Shown one piece after another: positions 39,239 through 53,184 of a DNA stretch of 64,000 nucleotides. Made by a program: the position numbers and the translations under genes. The stretch covers positions 19,532,001 through 19,596,000 of the forward strand of contig NC_087436.1 of assembly GCF_036321535.1 (NCBI RefSeq), in the 5' to 3' direction. The DNA comes from Camelus dromedarius (taxonomy: Eukaryota). Below the pieces are notes generated by a model. It saw nothing but the letters and a program-made list of their open reading frames with translations. It was not told the origin of the DNA and did no database searches. Position 1 is the stretch's first letter, and every line of letters begins with the position of its first letter.

Positions 39239-42200
39239 CCCTACATGTAAAACATAGTTGCGCTCTGGACACCTGGAATATAAACATAAAGATGCCCGTG
39301 TCCCTGACCTTCAGAAACATAGTCTATTGGGAGAGACAGATGTGTAAATAAGAAAAACCAAGGATTCTGAGTAGAACAGTGGAAACACAGAGCCACAAAA
39401 GAGGGGGTGGCCAAGTGTGCATTTTGAGAGGAAGGTTTGGAAATAATTTCTTAAGAAGTGATGCTTGAACTAATTCTTAGATAAAGACTGGAATTTTCCC
39501 AGTTATAAGTGGGGGGAAGACATTCCATACAAAGGAGCACGTGTGCACTTGGTGATGGGTGGACCTGTATACAGACCTCAGACTTTAAAAAGCAGCTCCT
39601 GGAGAGGAGCGGTTTGGTATTTTGTTCACTGTTGGATCCCCAGAGCCTAGAACATGACCCTGGCTCACAGGGGGCACCAGTAACTAACTGAGTGATTGAA
39701 CAAAGGTCTTAAATTCCTACATATTTCATTTTCACGGAAAACATTTCTTCTCAGCATATTAAAACAAATCAACGTAATTGTGAGTTCTCTGCTCTAAAGC
39801 ACTTTATTCCTGAAAGAATTAGCCAATGCCTGGATTGGTTTTCTCACATTCGGTATGTTAAAGCACGGGTTGGCAGCAGATATGACCTTTATATCTGCCA
39901 GGTAGCGCAGGGAAGCCCAGAGCACTTGCTTGACACAGGTTTATCTTGAACCTGCAACTTTATCCAAACGTGCCAATTATTGATGCTTCTTATAAAGATA
40001 CTGCTCTCTGAAATAGAAACCACGTCAGGTTCCTCATTAAAATGTGAAGAACCAAATAGCCCAGGCAGCGTATTTCCTTCTGTTTTAGTTAAAATCAACT
40101 CTGCATACAAAATGATTGGGTCTAATTTCCCAGTCATGCTCTCACACGCAGATGCTCACTCTTCTTTCTTCTGGATGCCAGGGCATACTTCAGAGCGTCA
40201 GGAACTTCCCCAAGGGGACCTCTGCATCTTCACACTGACCACAGCGACAGGTCTGGTGGCCGATTCAAAAGGAAGGACGTATGCCAAGTTAGAGCCCAGT
40301 GGTGAGGTTTCCTTCCTTTCAGCGCCACTTCTAAGGGAGCCACCCTTCGGGACTTCCCCCTTCCCCAGCATCCTCCCCCCCCCCCCCAGCATCCCCGGTG
40401 TACCTAGTCTGGCTTCATGTACCCAATTAATTACAGCTCTGGCTAGCTTGCTCTGGCCTCGGATCTGACAAAGCCTCAGAGGAGGGCTGTTCTGTCCTGT
40501 GTTCCTAATCAAGTAGGTCAGAGGTCATGGGTGTTTAGAGGACAAAGGGATCTTGGAGATCGTGGACAATGTCCTCCCCTCCCCCTCCCCCCATAGCCCT
40601 TTCCGCTGTCTTCTAGGAACTTACAAACACTGAACATACAAGTGATCTATTATGTCATGGATCTAGAAAGTAAAACACTTAATATTCTTAAAACCAAAGT
40701 TTAAATGGATTTTCTTTTACTTCTCCTTTAGATTGAATTGGGGTTAAAAAGAACCCCCAAAGTGTACTTAATACATGAAATCGTTTTAACTTTTCTCTCC
40801 GTTTGGTCTGAGTTTACTGCTGAGTTTACTGCTCTGCAGTAAACTTTATGGTTAAACAAACAAGCCCCCCAGTGGTAGGAGAACTGTTACCACAGAGCAG
40901 ATTTGCTTGCGTGTGTTTGAGAAGCACAGCCAATTTCACATAATAACGCAGGTATTAGAAGTGTTCATTACAAGCCACTTCTCTCTGGACCTTAGTTTTC
41001 AGTCTTTAAAAAGAGCAAATGGACAAGTTTCTTCTAGGGTTAGAATTCTATCAGTTTTAGGTCTTCCCCTCAAGAGCAGCATTAAGGAGCTAAGATGGGT
41101 ATTGAGGAGAACGAAGGGAGGGAACATGCATTACCACGTTCCCGCTGCTGATTACACACGGGGGAGCTCCCCCCACCCGCCCACATTGTTCTTGGCATCA
41201 ATGGATGGATGCTCTTTGTTTCTAAGTGCACCTTAGATGAGTTGTGTTACTAGTGATAAACAGTGAAAAAAATAATACCAACTGATTTTGTAATGCTACA
41301 TGATAATAAGAGATCTTTAGATATACTTAAGTTTTGTGGGTTTTGTTTTGTTTTACCTTTAGAAAAAACAAAGATATGCTTTTGGGTAAGAGTTTGTCAC
41401 GTTTTTAGCACCCCATGTTTACAAATCACTTCATTTGTTCATTCTGCACAGCTTTACGCATCTGCAAACATATTCTCTGTGCCAGTTCCTGGGATAAGCA
41501 CTGGGCTGACAGAGGGGATATAGCTCCGTATGGTTATTCATGACAACATTTGAAAATCACATTAAATAACTTGATAAAGTTGAGGTAGAAGGAGGAACAG
41601 AGATAGGTGAGATCACCCATGAGATTCCAGGCGAGAACTGAGACTTTTTACTTGAAGGTTACCACCCTGAGCCCTACTGCCCGTCTCTAGACATTGTGAG
41701 CCTTAGGGACAGAGCATTGAGCTGAATGGTTTTGAACTTGAAAACTTTGTTCTTTAAAGTTTATTTTTCTATTTATCCAGTGCCTCAATTTCTTTGCAAA
41801 CAATATTTTTCCTTATTTCAATCCTTGCCCCAGAAGCATCCTTAGGGTTAATATTTGTGGAGAAAATATATTTGTTAAATACCTTGCTCTAGGTGTTTAC
41901 CAAAGACATAGTTGCTCTAAAATAGCGTATGATTATTAGCTTTTAATAGTTTGACTTTGCCTGAAAAGGAACAGCCAAAAGCCATGTAACATGTAACACA
42001 CCACAAATCCTATGTGTTCTTTGCCAGTTTCACTCTTTCTGCTTGTCTTTATTTCTTTAGCTTATATTGGTTATGGAGGAAAAGACTAGAGTCTACCCTT
42101 TTTATGGGTTAAACTGAGAGCCAGTGGTCAGTGTTGAAGGCAGTATTAAGTGAATGCGGGCACATTCTTGGCATTTTGATTGCATATAGATTGGGGCCAA

Positions 42201-43390
42201 GGATGAGGGACAGAGTTTTATAAAATACACCAGGGTGTAGAAAAGATTTTGCTAAGCTAGTTTATGCAGAAATCAGTGAAAACACTGACCCCACAGCATT
42301 TCATTCTGGGCTATGAACCTCATTTATCTAAATATTTGGTATATTTTATTTAACATTCTCTTCCTTCCATCATAACTATCTCAATGTCTTTCACAAAAAT
42401 TACTTTCCAGAAGATATTTCCAAGTTTAATGAAACTGGAAACTAAATGAAAATGGAGGTTTAGCCTGCAAGGGGAGGGCGAGAGTAAGTTCCAAGGGCCA
42501 GGAAGACCTTCGCTGATAGTTTGGGAGAACCTGGTTGCAAAAGGGACTCACGGAAGAGATAAACATCTTTGGAACTGGCTGTTGTTTGTTCAGAAAGGAG
42601 GTTTTGTAAAAACACTGGGAAGTTAATAGGAAGATAGCAATTCGTGGCAGTTTAAGTTAATGTGAGTGTGTGTGACAGTGTTCACGGGCGAACACTACCT
42701 TGTGCTGCTGGCAACAGAATCTTTATGAAGTTGAGACTGCAGTCATTAGCAAAGAAAGAACCAAGAAACGAGGACAGAGTGAAAGTAGGAATTACGAACA
42801 GCGTTAAGACATGCACATTTAGGAGAGGTCTATTGAAATGTTAAGTTGAAAAATAAGCTATGTTTCAGGATTTCCCATTTCCTAGATTTTGTGTAAGAAT
42901 AAATTTTAAAGGATATGAGACTCATTGCCTTTGTTTTGGAGGAGTAGGAAAATTAGAAACTATTTCACTTATATAAATAAAAATATCTTGATAAGAAAAC
43001 AATGAGACATGTTTGTTTTAGGTATCCGCACGCAGGTGAATTGAAATCTCGGAAATTGATTATAGATGGAAAATCATGCCACACGAGTAGAGACAGTATA
43101 AACACAGAATGACCTTACAATTCTGAAATGTGTTTAATAATAGATGATTTAAGTTAATTGTAAAACACTAGTTATTTTTCTTTAGCCTTAGTCTCCTAAT
43201 AAAAATTATACATTAAACTGCTCAGTCTGTTTTGTGTTAAATTTAGAAAATTAAAAGTAAGTTCACTTGACCTTTGTATATAGCTACCAACTTTTTGGTG
43301 CCTATGAGAGAATTCCTTTATCCCAGTATGTAGTGAACAGCATTACTGATACCTGATTTACAGTAATTCTAACTCCTTCTTGTTTTACAG

Positions 43391-43474
43391 CTTGGCTCAT
43401 CCTCTTCTGTGCCTTTTACGTCCATTTTTTCTCAGCTTTTTATGACTGTTGTGGTTCCTCTCATTATTGGACAG
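43391..43474 (+). CDS. SLC10A7: SLC10A7 exon 7 (84 nt, phase 0/0), [28 protein letters not shown]
   Basis: Branch-like ttctaac, acceptor tccttcttgttttacag, donor gtaagt; peptide identical to recalled human sequence. Confidence 0.97.
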
Positions 43475-44149
43475 GTAAGTTCTCCAACTCTCTCTCCTCT
43501 TTTCTTTATATATCAAATTGTGAATTCTTATGTGAGGGCAGGACAATTGAGGGAAAAGCCAGTCAGAGGAAGAAACCGGTGAAAATCTGAGACTGTGATC
43601 ACAATATTCTCAATCACAATATTCTCATCTTTTTATTTTTTTAAATAAATATCACTCTGCTTTGCAGATGGCTATTAATAGGGACACTTACACAGAATCT
43701 ATTTGTTAGATTTTATTTTAATTGATGATCCCTTCTTTGTAGGTCTGTAGCTAGCTTGAAACCGTCTATCAAGTCATTACCTTATTCAGTGACTTCTGAT
43801 AAGGTCTCAGCATTTACGGTCATTTTGGGGAACAAGCACCTGTTTTTGGCTGGCTTCTTCTTAGACTCCTCTGAGAGCAGTGCTCATATTTGTGATCTTG
43901 TAATTGACAAAATAAACACTTAATTCTATTAGCTCTTAAAATTAGCTCTTAGAAAATTTCGTTGCCTCTATCATTCTTATTGAATTAATCTAATAGAATA
44001 AATTCTAAACTTCTTTTAACAGGTTAATAATGAGCATGTAACTCAATTATAAGCATACGAATTTGAAAATAAGGTTGTTGTCCGTTGTTTTAATCACAGG
44101 GAGCCACAGTAACAGATCACAGGATTTAATGCTCTGCAGAAAGGAGTCA

Positions 44150-44410
44150 GTCTTAGGAAGGCAGTGTATTAGCATGGCTAAGAGCACAGTTACTGGATTA
44201 AGACCAATCAGACTCTAGTTCTTATTTCTACCTTTTATTTGCTCTGTGACCTTGGGCGAGTCATTTAATCTCACTGGCTCCAGGTTCATAATTCATCTAA
44301 TTGTATAATAACAGGACCTATCATAAAAGGTTGTGAGGAGCAAATGAAATATGATGCATACAAAGTTTTTGGCATCCTAGAGCCTGATGCAGGTAAGTGC
44401 CTATAACATC
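44150..44410 (+). mobile_element. MIR SINE
   Basis: ggcagtgtattagcatggctaagagcacag...ctgtgaccttgggcgagtcatttaatctc...ggttgtgaggagcaaatga. Confidence 0.82.
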
Positions 44411-44513
44411 TGTCATCGTCTTCAAATTCCCTGTAGATACGAAACAGGAAGCAACTCTTTGAAGTATTAACTATAAAAAAAGGTGTCTGTATAGACATGT
44501 AATATTTACATGC

Positions 44514-44940
44514 TGTCTTAGATTCTCTGGTAAATCAAGTCTGAGACAGAGGTTTCCATGAAGGAAGTTTATCGGGGGAGAACCCATGGAATCAACAGCT
44601 CTGGGAGAGTGAGGAAAGTAGGGCAGGGATGAGGAAGGAGTTGAATTCTGGTGCATTCCCGGCAAGGCCTCCAGCTAGACCGACCCTCAGAGTTGTCCTG
44701 CCTAAAACACAGGTGCCTGGCTTTTTGACTCTTTCTTGCACTGAGCAGTCATCGGATGCCGGCTTCCCTCCCTCCCCAGGAGATGTACGACCTTGGGTGA
44801 ATCTGCCCTCTGCACAGCAGTTCCCAAGGAGGAATTCAGCTGAGGTCTTTCAGTCAGTCAACACACCCTGCAGATGTGGGAATAACCATCTTGGTTCCTG
44901 AAGAGACAGATCTGGGGGGCACACCACAGCATCCACTACA
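44514..44940 (-). mobile_element. LTR16-family solo LTR (ERVL)
   Basis: Minus strand starts tgtagtggatgctgtggtgtgccccccagatc; TG...CA; perfect 5-bp TSD catgc at 44509-44513 and 44941-44945. Confidence 0.88.
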
Positions 44941-45725
44941 CATGCACTTTTTTAAATTTTAATTTTATTCTTACAAAAGAGACTAAATTTACGGAAATGC
45001 GGGAGGCTTTAAAAGCACTCAGAGAATGCCATTTAATTAAATAGAATAATTCTTGAATTATTAGTGCTGCTCACATAACAAGTATTCCGAATAAATCTTA
45101 TGTCACCTACCTCTCGAACCTCTTTGCCACATTTCCTAAACTCTCACCTCCCCTGGCTTTTTCTCAATTCCTGCTTAATTTTTCTGTTTAGAACATCTAT
45201 CTATCCACCCTCCCACCCCCAGCTCATTGTTCATTGGACTCTTTAATTCATACCTCCTTTGGGCCACCTGTCTGGAGTATGTTTCCCTCTTATTCTTTAT
45301 TGTGACATCTTGTGGGAGTCCTTTCTTGGCCTTTGTCACAATAGATGCTTACCTTTTGTTTACTGTTAATGTTTGTCTCCCCCATTAGACTGTAAGCTTC
45401 ATGAGGACAGGGAACCACATTTTTTTTTGTGTACCGTTCCATACCCAGACCATAGGCCCCCAATCAGTACGTGCGGGATGAGTGAGCGAGGGAGTGAATG
45501 AGTGAGCATTCTATGATCAATGAGGGAAATGCTGTGTCTTACAGAGGCTTGGCAGAACCCACCTGCCCTTCTCAGCTCTGGCCAGTTTAAGCTGTCGATT
45601 AGTGGATTAGTTTAAACCCATACATATTCTCTTCGTTCTGAAAATAATTCCATATGATAACTCAGGGCTCATATATTCTTCTCCTAGTGAATCTTGGAAA
45701 TATCTCTGTTAATAATAAATGTCTG

Positions 45726-45921
45726 CACAACAAGGTCTTACTGTATATAGCATAAGAAACTATATATACTCAGTATTCCATAATAAACCACAATGGAAAA
45801 GAATATGAAAAAGAATATATATGTACATATAACTGAATCACTTTGCTGAACACCTGAAACTAACAGTGTCTTAAATCAACTAGATGTCAATACCTACATA
45901 CATACATAAATAAATATTTAA
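45726..45921 (+). mobile_element. Short young L1 3' end
   Basis: acaacaaggtcttactgtatatagca...actgaatcactttgctg; TSD aataataaatgt(c/t)tg at 45711-45725 and 45922-45936. Confidence 0.88.
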
Positions 45922-46359
45922 AATAATAAATGTTTGACATAAACTGTATGGACCAAAAAAAAAAAAACTTTGTCTAAGCCAGTCAATGTTTTTTTTAAAA
46001 CGTATAGGGTTATATAATTTATGTAGTTAAGAATATTTAACCAGAGAGGATAATGAATTGTTAGATGGCTCATCTTTGTGTGCCCACTAGTAAAGTGTTA
46101 CAGTAAGTTATAAAGCAGTAAAGGTCGTCCAAAAGTAACTTGGGTAATTTTTTAAAAGTACTCTGTTTTTTCAAAGAATAAACTTTCACACTTGCAACTA
46201 CCTACAAGCAAAAAGGTTGTGTGTTTACATCTGCCTCTTATAATCCAGTTTGGGAATTAAGAGTCACAGCCTCAGGCTCTCCCCCTAGAAACCACATTGC
46301 CTCCTCTCTCTCCTCACATTTTAACGCTCCTACATCCAAGCAGTCACTAAATGCCACCA

Positions 46360-46956
46360 TTTCTTTTTTTGTTTTGTTTTGTTTTTTCTTTTGAAGTATG
46401 GTTGATTTACAATGTTGTGTCAGTTTCTGGTGTACAGCATAGCGATTCACTTATACATTATACATTATATGTATTCTTTTTCACTATAGGTTATTATAAG
46501 CTGTTGAATATAGTTCCCTGTGCTGTACAGTAGGACCTTGTTGTTTATCTATTTTATTTATAGCAGTTTGTATCTGCTATTCCCAAACTCCTAATTTATC
46601 CCTCCCTCTACCACTTCTCTTTTGGTTACCATAAGTTTGTTTCCTATGTCTGTGAGTCTCTTTCTGTTTGTAAATAAGTTCATTTGTGCCATTTTTTTAG
46701 ATTCCACATATAAGTGATATCATATGATATTTGTCTTTCTCTGACTTACCTCACTTAGTATGATAATCTCTAGTTCAATCTATGTTGCTGCAGATGGCAT
46801 TATTTCATTCTTTTTTATGGCTGAGCAGTATTCCATTGCTCATTGTATATATACACCACAACTTTTTTATCCAATCATCTGTCAATGGACATTTAGGTTG
46901 CTTCCACACCTTGGCTGTTGTAAATAGTGCTGCTATGAATTTTGGGGTGCATGTAT
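46360..46956 (-). mobile_element. Young L1 3' fragment
   Basis: T-rich tail, ttgaagtatggttgatttacaatgttgtg through ggggtgcatgtat; closely similar to 22927-23572. Confidence 0.92.
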
Positions 46957-49791
46957 CTAAAGCCACTTGGAGAAAAATAAATTTTAAAATTTAGATTTAA
47001 CACAAAAAATGATCCCCACTCAAAAATCAATTTATAAATGTAAAGACAGGGCAGAAAAATAATTATAAAAAAAATCCACAAGAAAATACCCTGAAAAAAA
47101 AAAATGAAGACACCTAAAATGATGGCTCTTACACTTACCTTGGTATATCAGCTTTCTTCCCCGAAGACGTATTATTTTTCCAGAGTTTACCTTGGAGGTC
47201 ATGCAGTAACTGATATGTGGCTCAGCCTATTAGACGTACAGGGATTCAGATTTAAGTTTCCCTTTAACCTTTCCTGGTGCTTAATTTAAAATAAAGAAAA
47301 TCAAAATGTAGAAGATGAGACAATAAAATAAAAACCTTCCTGTGGAAGAGTCTTTCCCTTCACTTTCCAGAGGGAAAAGCAAACAAATTAGTGAGGATTT
47401 GTTGTTTAGCTTTGAGTGCATGAGTTTCTGTGAGCTGCGAGAGCAAATGATCCATCAGGTTGTGTTGATCTATTCCTAGCAAAGCCTTGTTTCCTCTAAG
47501 GTTATCAAACATTTGTATGAGGCAGAGAGGTTTGGAACATTTTAAAACAGCACTGATTCTGATCAATTAGAGAATGATTGTGTCAAAAATATAAGAGAAG
47601 ATGGGGTTCCTGCAGTTTATATCCAAAGCACATATTTGAGGCGTATCAACACGACTTCACCCAGTAGCTTATGAAATATTTTAACACTTTTCTAGCTACA
47701 CAGGGCAAAAGCAGCTGCTTTGTGAATTTAATTTTAGAAGAGGGTAGAAAAGCCCTATGGAGAGTGGCAAGGAATAAAATGGCTTACTGAGAAAACACAG
47801 ACAAATATCACTGTAAAACAAAGAACAACGAAAGACAACCTGTTTGCCCCTAGGGCTGCTGTTTCACTCGTGGGTCTGTCCAGTTTCCAACTTTCCAGTT
47901 GTTTTCTTTATCGAGATTAAGTACCCAGCACTAACACATTGATGTGTTTAGAGGAAAGGTATTCCAGCTGGGAGGGTGCAGGATTTGGAACCTGTGTGTC
48001 ATGCCATGTTAAAAGAACCCTAATGTACAGTGAGACCCTGAGTACTTTGTAATGCAGGAAGAAGTCATTATGTTGACTAAGTCAAATTACATCTTATAAA
48101 GTTGATCAATGATTAGAGATTTGTCTTGGTCTTTCAAATGGCTTTGACTTCCGAGTTACACCTCATTCATATTTATTTGTTTATTTTGTCAGAGGGGTCG
48201 ATGGTGGTGGGAGAAAATGCTTTGACTTTTGGATTTGGGATCATACGTTCTATAACCTATTGCCGAGAGGGACTTCTGTGTTTTTAACTATTGTACATTC
48301 AAACAAAATTGGAAGACAGTATCCATTTCAATAACTCCATGTAATTTACTTTCTTTCCAAAAGAAGTCGAGTTGCATTAAATTGGGGCCATTACCAGCTT
48401 TACACTACCAGAAACAATAGGTTATAAAATGACCTTTTAAATGAAGTCTCTGTAGCCTTCTACTCAGCACTTCCCCCGTGGTGACATATCTGGATGTGAG
48501 GCCATCTGGGTCCCTCGAGCACCAAAACTTGCGTTCTAATACATCATTCCATGGCTGAGTGACAGAACGGTGCTTCGGTCTCTATATGTCACTACACTTT
48601 AAAAATAGAAATGAAGCCTAGATAAATTGCTCTGGTTTGGGATCACTTCAACAAAAACTAAAGAAAACACGATTTTTTATTGATGTAGCTGTAACTTTAA
48701 TGATAAGATCTACTTTTTAAAATACTTGAGAGACACTATTTGTCTCTCTCTATAAACCCTCTTTCTCTTCCCTCCCCACCCAGCCTTCAAGGTCTGCACC
48801 TGTACCTTGTACCAAATGGTCAGCTTTCTGCTGGGACTCCCTTTCCTTTCCTTCTTTCTTTCTTTCTTTTTTTCTTTTTTTAAAAAACACATTTCACTTA
48901 CTGTCCTTGAGATCAGATGAAGTTGATCCAATAGCCATACATCCACAGGTTCTCTCGAGAGTTGTGTATTTGTTCTTGAGGCCGTGTGAAGGCATGCCTC
49001 ATTGCGAATTAAGCCTTTTTAGTGACAGAGTAGACGATGACAGAACCCCATCAGCCTTGTCAGGAGAAGTTCCCTGACCTCATTATTGCTAATGGATCAC
49101 GGTAATTCCGCCTGTTGTGAAATCTCATGTTCAATTATGCAGGCTAATGAGTGACTCAAAACTTAATATGTCTCAACTATAGTCCTCATTACAGGGTGTG
49201 CTCAGCCTCTTTCAAAAGCAAAAGATTTTAAATAGAGAGGTTCACTTTTATATCCAAACTTCAAGTTATCACCCATGTTCAGGCTGCCCCCAGATTGAAA
49301 TCTCTGATTTGATTTTAAAATAAGAGAGGACTGCTATATGACTTAATGTTTCACTCATCCTTTTGTAGGAACGTTAGGACAGGTTTATTCATTTTTAAGT
49401 GTTAATTCCGGAATTCTAAAAGCATGCAAATGGCATTTGTCTTTGGATTCACAAAAACTCTAGATAGTCAGAGTTTGAATTATTTAAACTCCCACAACAC
49501 ATGCACTTTTGCTTTTCAAGCATGAGTTATAATTTAATTAAAAACTTCTGGTGCATTGCTAGCATTTTAAATATTAATATGTTCCATGGATCACTTTCGA
49601 TTATCTACAGTCTTGAAATTCTTGAAGATGTCAGATTTTTAAGATTCCCAAAGTTGCACTTGGAATTGTCTGTTGAGGCAAAGGGGACTGTGATAATTAC
49701 ACACATCCATTAGGATCAGCAGAGGAGATAAACTTTGGGGAGGCTTAATGGGCATGTCTCAGTGACAGCTAGCAAAGAGCATTTGGCATGA

Positions 49792-50250
<459 letters not shown>

Positions 50251-51160
50251 TAGCAAAGCTTAGGCACCTGTGTGCCTAAGCATTTCCAACGTTAATTTGA
50301 TCAGAAGAGAATACTTCATTTCATATTGTATGTACGGACTCAGTGCCTTTCTCATGTGGATCTGCTCTTTAAAAAGACATCAGTTATGCACTTATGACTT
50401 AATCTCCTTTGTTTTTTATGTCTGATTTACAATGGTTGATGTCAGATGAAAGAAGCCACATTATCTGTCAAATTCAAATGTTAGATTTGAGCACTTTTTC
50501 GCCAGCTTATTTTATTGTAACTTTGAGCGAATCTTACCCCTTTTTGTGAATTAAAAGTAGGACTTAGACGATACTATCACTTTGTAAGTATAGTAATTGG
50601 CTTGTATTGGTTAAAATGTGACTGTTCATGTAATTTTTTCTATGAAAATATACCCAAAGTAAGATAGTTTCATTTTAAGAACCAGCAGACTCTAAAATGC
50701 AAGTTAACTGCTAGGCTCAAAAATCAACCTTTTTTCTATTTATCCTGTAATACCAAAGACAACTCTTGGTAATTGTAATATTAAAGAACCTTTTGTTATT
50801 AAAATTGACATGAGTTATTCCAAAATATATGTTATATGCTACCACATTTATGCTATTTTCAGTTACTCATAAAGCAGCTTGTCCTAAATTGAACACATTA
50901 AATAACCACACTTTAAAAAGAGGGTTTTAGGGTTGCCCTGAGTAGCAAACACCATAGTTTATATCCGGGGATATCTTCAGTAAGGAGAAGTTGAGTCCTG
51001 CTCATTTAAATGATTCTGTCACTTGAACAATGTATGTTTGTTTGGCTTGTTTTTCTGTTTGAGTTCCCAGAAGTTTCAGATAAAACTAAGCATACCAGTG
51101 AATATGTTGCAGACTGCTTTTTCGGTGCTAATTGAGATTCCATCTTTTTTCCTTCCTCAG

Positions 51161-51212
51161 TATGTTCTATTCAGCTGAGTTTTATGCTTTTAACCTTCAT
51201 CTTTTCAACAAG
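51161..51212 (+). CDS. SLC10A7: SLC10A7 exon 9 (52 nt, phase 1/2), (I)CSIQLSFMLLTFIFST(R)
   Basis: Branch-like tgctaat at 51126-51132, acceptor tcttttttccttcctcag, donor gtaagt; phase continues exon 8. Confidence 0.96.
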
Positions 51213-52437
51213 GTAAGTGATTTGGTATCTCTCATTGTTAATTTCCTAGACAACAAATCACGCTCTTGACTTGGCTTCTGCGCGGCTGCCCTGTTGGTTT
51301 TTCTCCTGATCACTCCCTCTGGCTCCTGCCACCCTCAAGTTGTAGACAGGACCCAAGGGTCTGTTCTTGGTCCTGGGTTTGTTATTCACATTGTATGCTT
51401 AGGGGGCCTCCTCTGCTCCCCTGCCTCCAGCCCTCAGCTTCCCGCTGATGAAGCCCAGACTTTCCCTCTCACAGTTCCTCCAGAGCCTCAGCATTGTTTG
51501 TTTATCACTTCCCACCTGGCCATCTTCACCCGACTGTCTTAACAAGACCTCAGGCTCAAAGTATTCAAAATGGAATTCATCTTTTTCCCCAATACTTCCT
51601 CTTTCTGTCTAAATTTTTCATGGAACTACTATCCACAGTGTTACTCAGACTGGAATCCTTCACATCATTATTTTGAAAATGTCCTGATCCTACTTCAGTA
51701 GTATTTTTTGTGCTTCTGAAGCCACTTCCCTCATTCAGGCTCTCATGGCCTCTTTCTCCCTAGACTGTTGCCATGGAAATCTTACTGGTGTCTTCCTTTC
51801 CAGGCTGAACTTTTCTTCCACATTTCCTATTGCTTCCAGTGACTGAGTTCTGATAACAGCTCTCTTGTTCGGAGATCTTCAGTGGTCACCCAGTGCCTAC
51901 AGGGTGAAGTTTATTTTAGGGGGGCTAAGTAAACCACTACTGGCGTTCATGCTGTCTAAGCTTTAGGCTGAGGTGAAATCTTTGCTGTTCGCTGGAGGAA
52001 CCTCCTGCATTCTCACTTCAGTCCCTTCCTTAGGCTATCCCCAAGTCGACACTGGTCTCCATGTCCTAGTTCATTTTTCATGTTCTTAGAGGTTCACCTC
52101 TAATGCAACTCCTTCCACCGGTGTTATACATTCAACAGGTACTACTTAAGCCTTTGGTAGGAGAAAGTTACCATAGCAAATCCCACAAGTAATGATTCTG
52201 ACCCCTCATGAGTTTATAGACTGGATCTGTGCGCTGATAACTAAGTATTCTTCTGGTGCTGCAGTAACATAACGTGCAGACAAGTCAAGGAAGAAAGCAC
52301 TTCCAACAAGAATAGGAGGGCAAGACCTCGTGGATGAGATGGGATTTGACATGAGTCACAAAAATAGCTAATTATTCAGCAAACACAGATGCCATGTGGG
52401 AGTTCTTGGGAGAAGAAACAATAGTGCAAACGTAGAG

Positions 52438-52466
<29 letters not shown>
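52438..52466. repeat. (AC)n microsatellite
   Basis: Read directly. Confidence 0.93.
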
Positions 52467-52468
<2 letters not shown>

Positions 52469-53184
52469 GACTTGATAGAACAATAGGCGTAGAGGGAGAT
52501 TAAAAATAATAGTGGTAACTGGAAAGGTAAGCTTGGACCAGATCGCCAGGCCCTTGAACGCCAGGGGATGGCAATGCGCTACCCAAGGGAAAGGGCCTGG
52601 GTTGTTTATGGCGCCCACAGTGGTGTCAGAGCGTGGACGGTTCAGGCCTCACATCAGGCGCTTGGCTCTTAGAGCACTCGGTGTAGCACGTGGCTGGTTG
52701 TAAACAGTCAATAAAAATTTATTGATTGGTGTAATTTGAAGCATTTTTCCCAAGCTTGTGGTTGTGATTTATGAAGTAAGAGTAAAGCCTAGAGCCATTA
52801 AGTCACAGGGAAACTGTGACTTAAGTGGGGAAATCTGAGAGCAGGAGCTATTTTAAAGTCCTTTTTGTAAGTGGCTTGTTACGGCACCTTTGAAAAGACG
52901 TTGGCCTTTCACTGGCTGTTTGTTTGCCGGTCCTTGTGGTGGAAGTAATCATCAGACCCCCTCATCTTATCCAGGAAGGATACAGATCTCCTGTCAGTGG
53001 CTGCAGAATTCCTTGAAAAGCACCGAATAGCCACTCTTGGGATCACTGAAGGAGGGGTAGGGGTGGGGAGTATGGCAACTAGCTGAGCATTTCAGCATGG
53101 GGTCGGCTGGGCTGTCACAAGGCCTTGAGGTTTTGAGGCCCTTCTATTCAGCCTTGTTCTGCCTTCAGTGAGGTTCTGTTGTAG

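Noticed and set aside
39980..40468. 162-aa plus-strand ORF
   Set aside because: No homology recognised; Pro-rich part comes from a C run; does not fit between exons 6 and 7, which join directly in the known protein.
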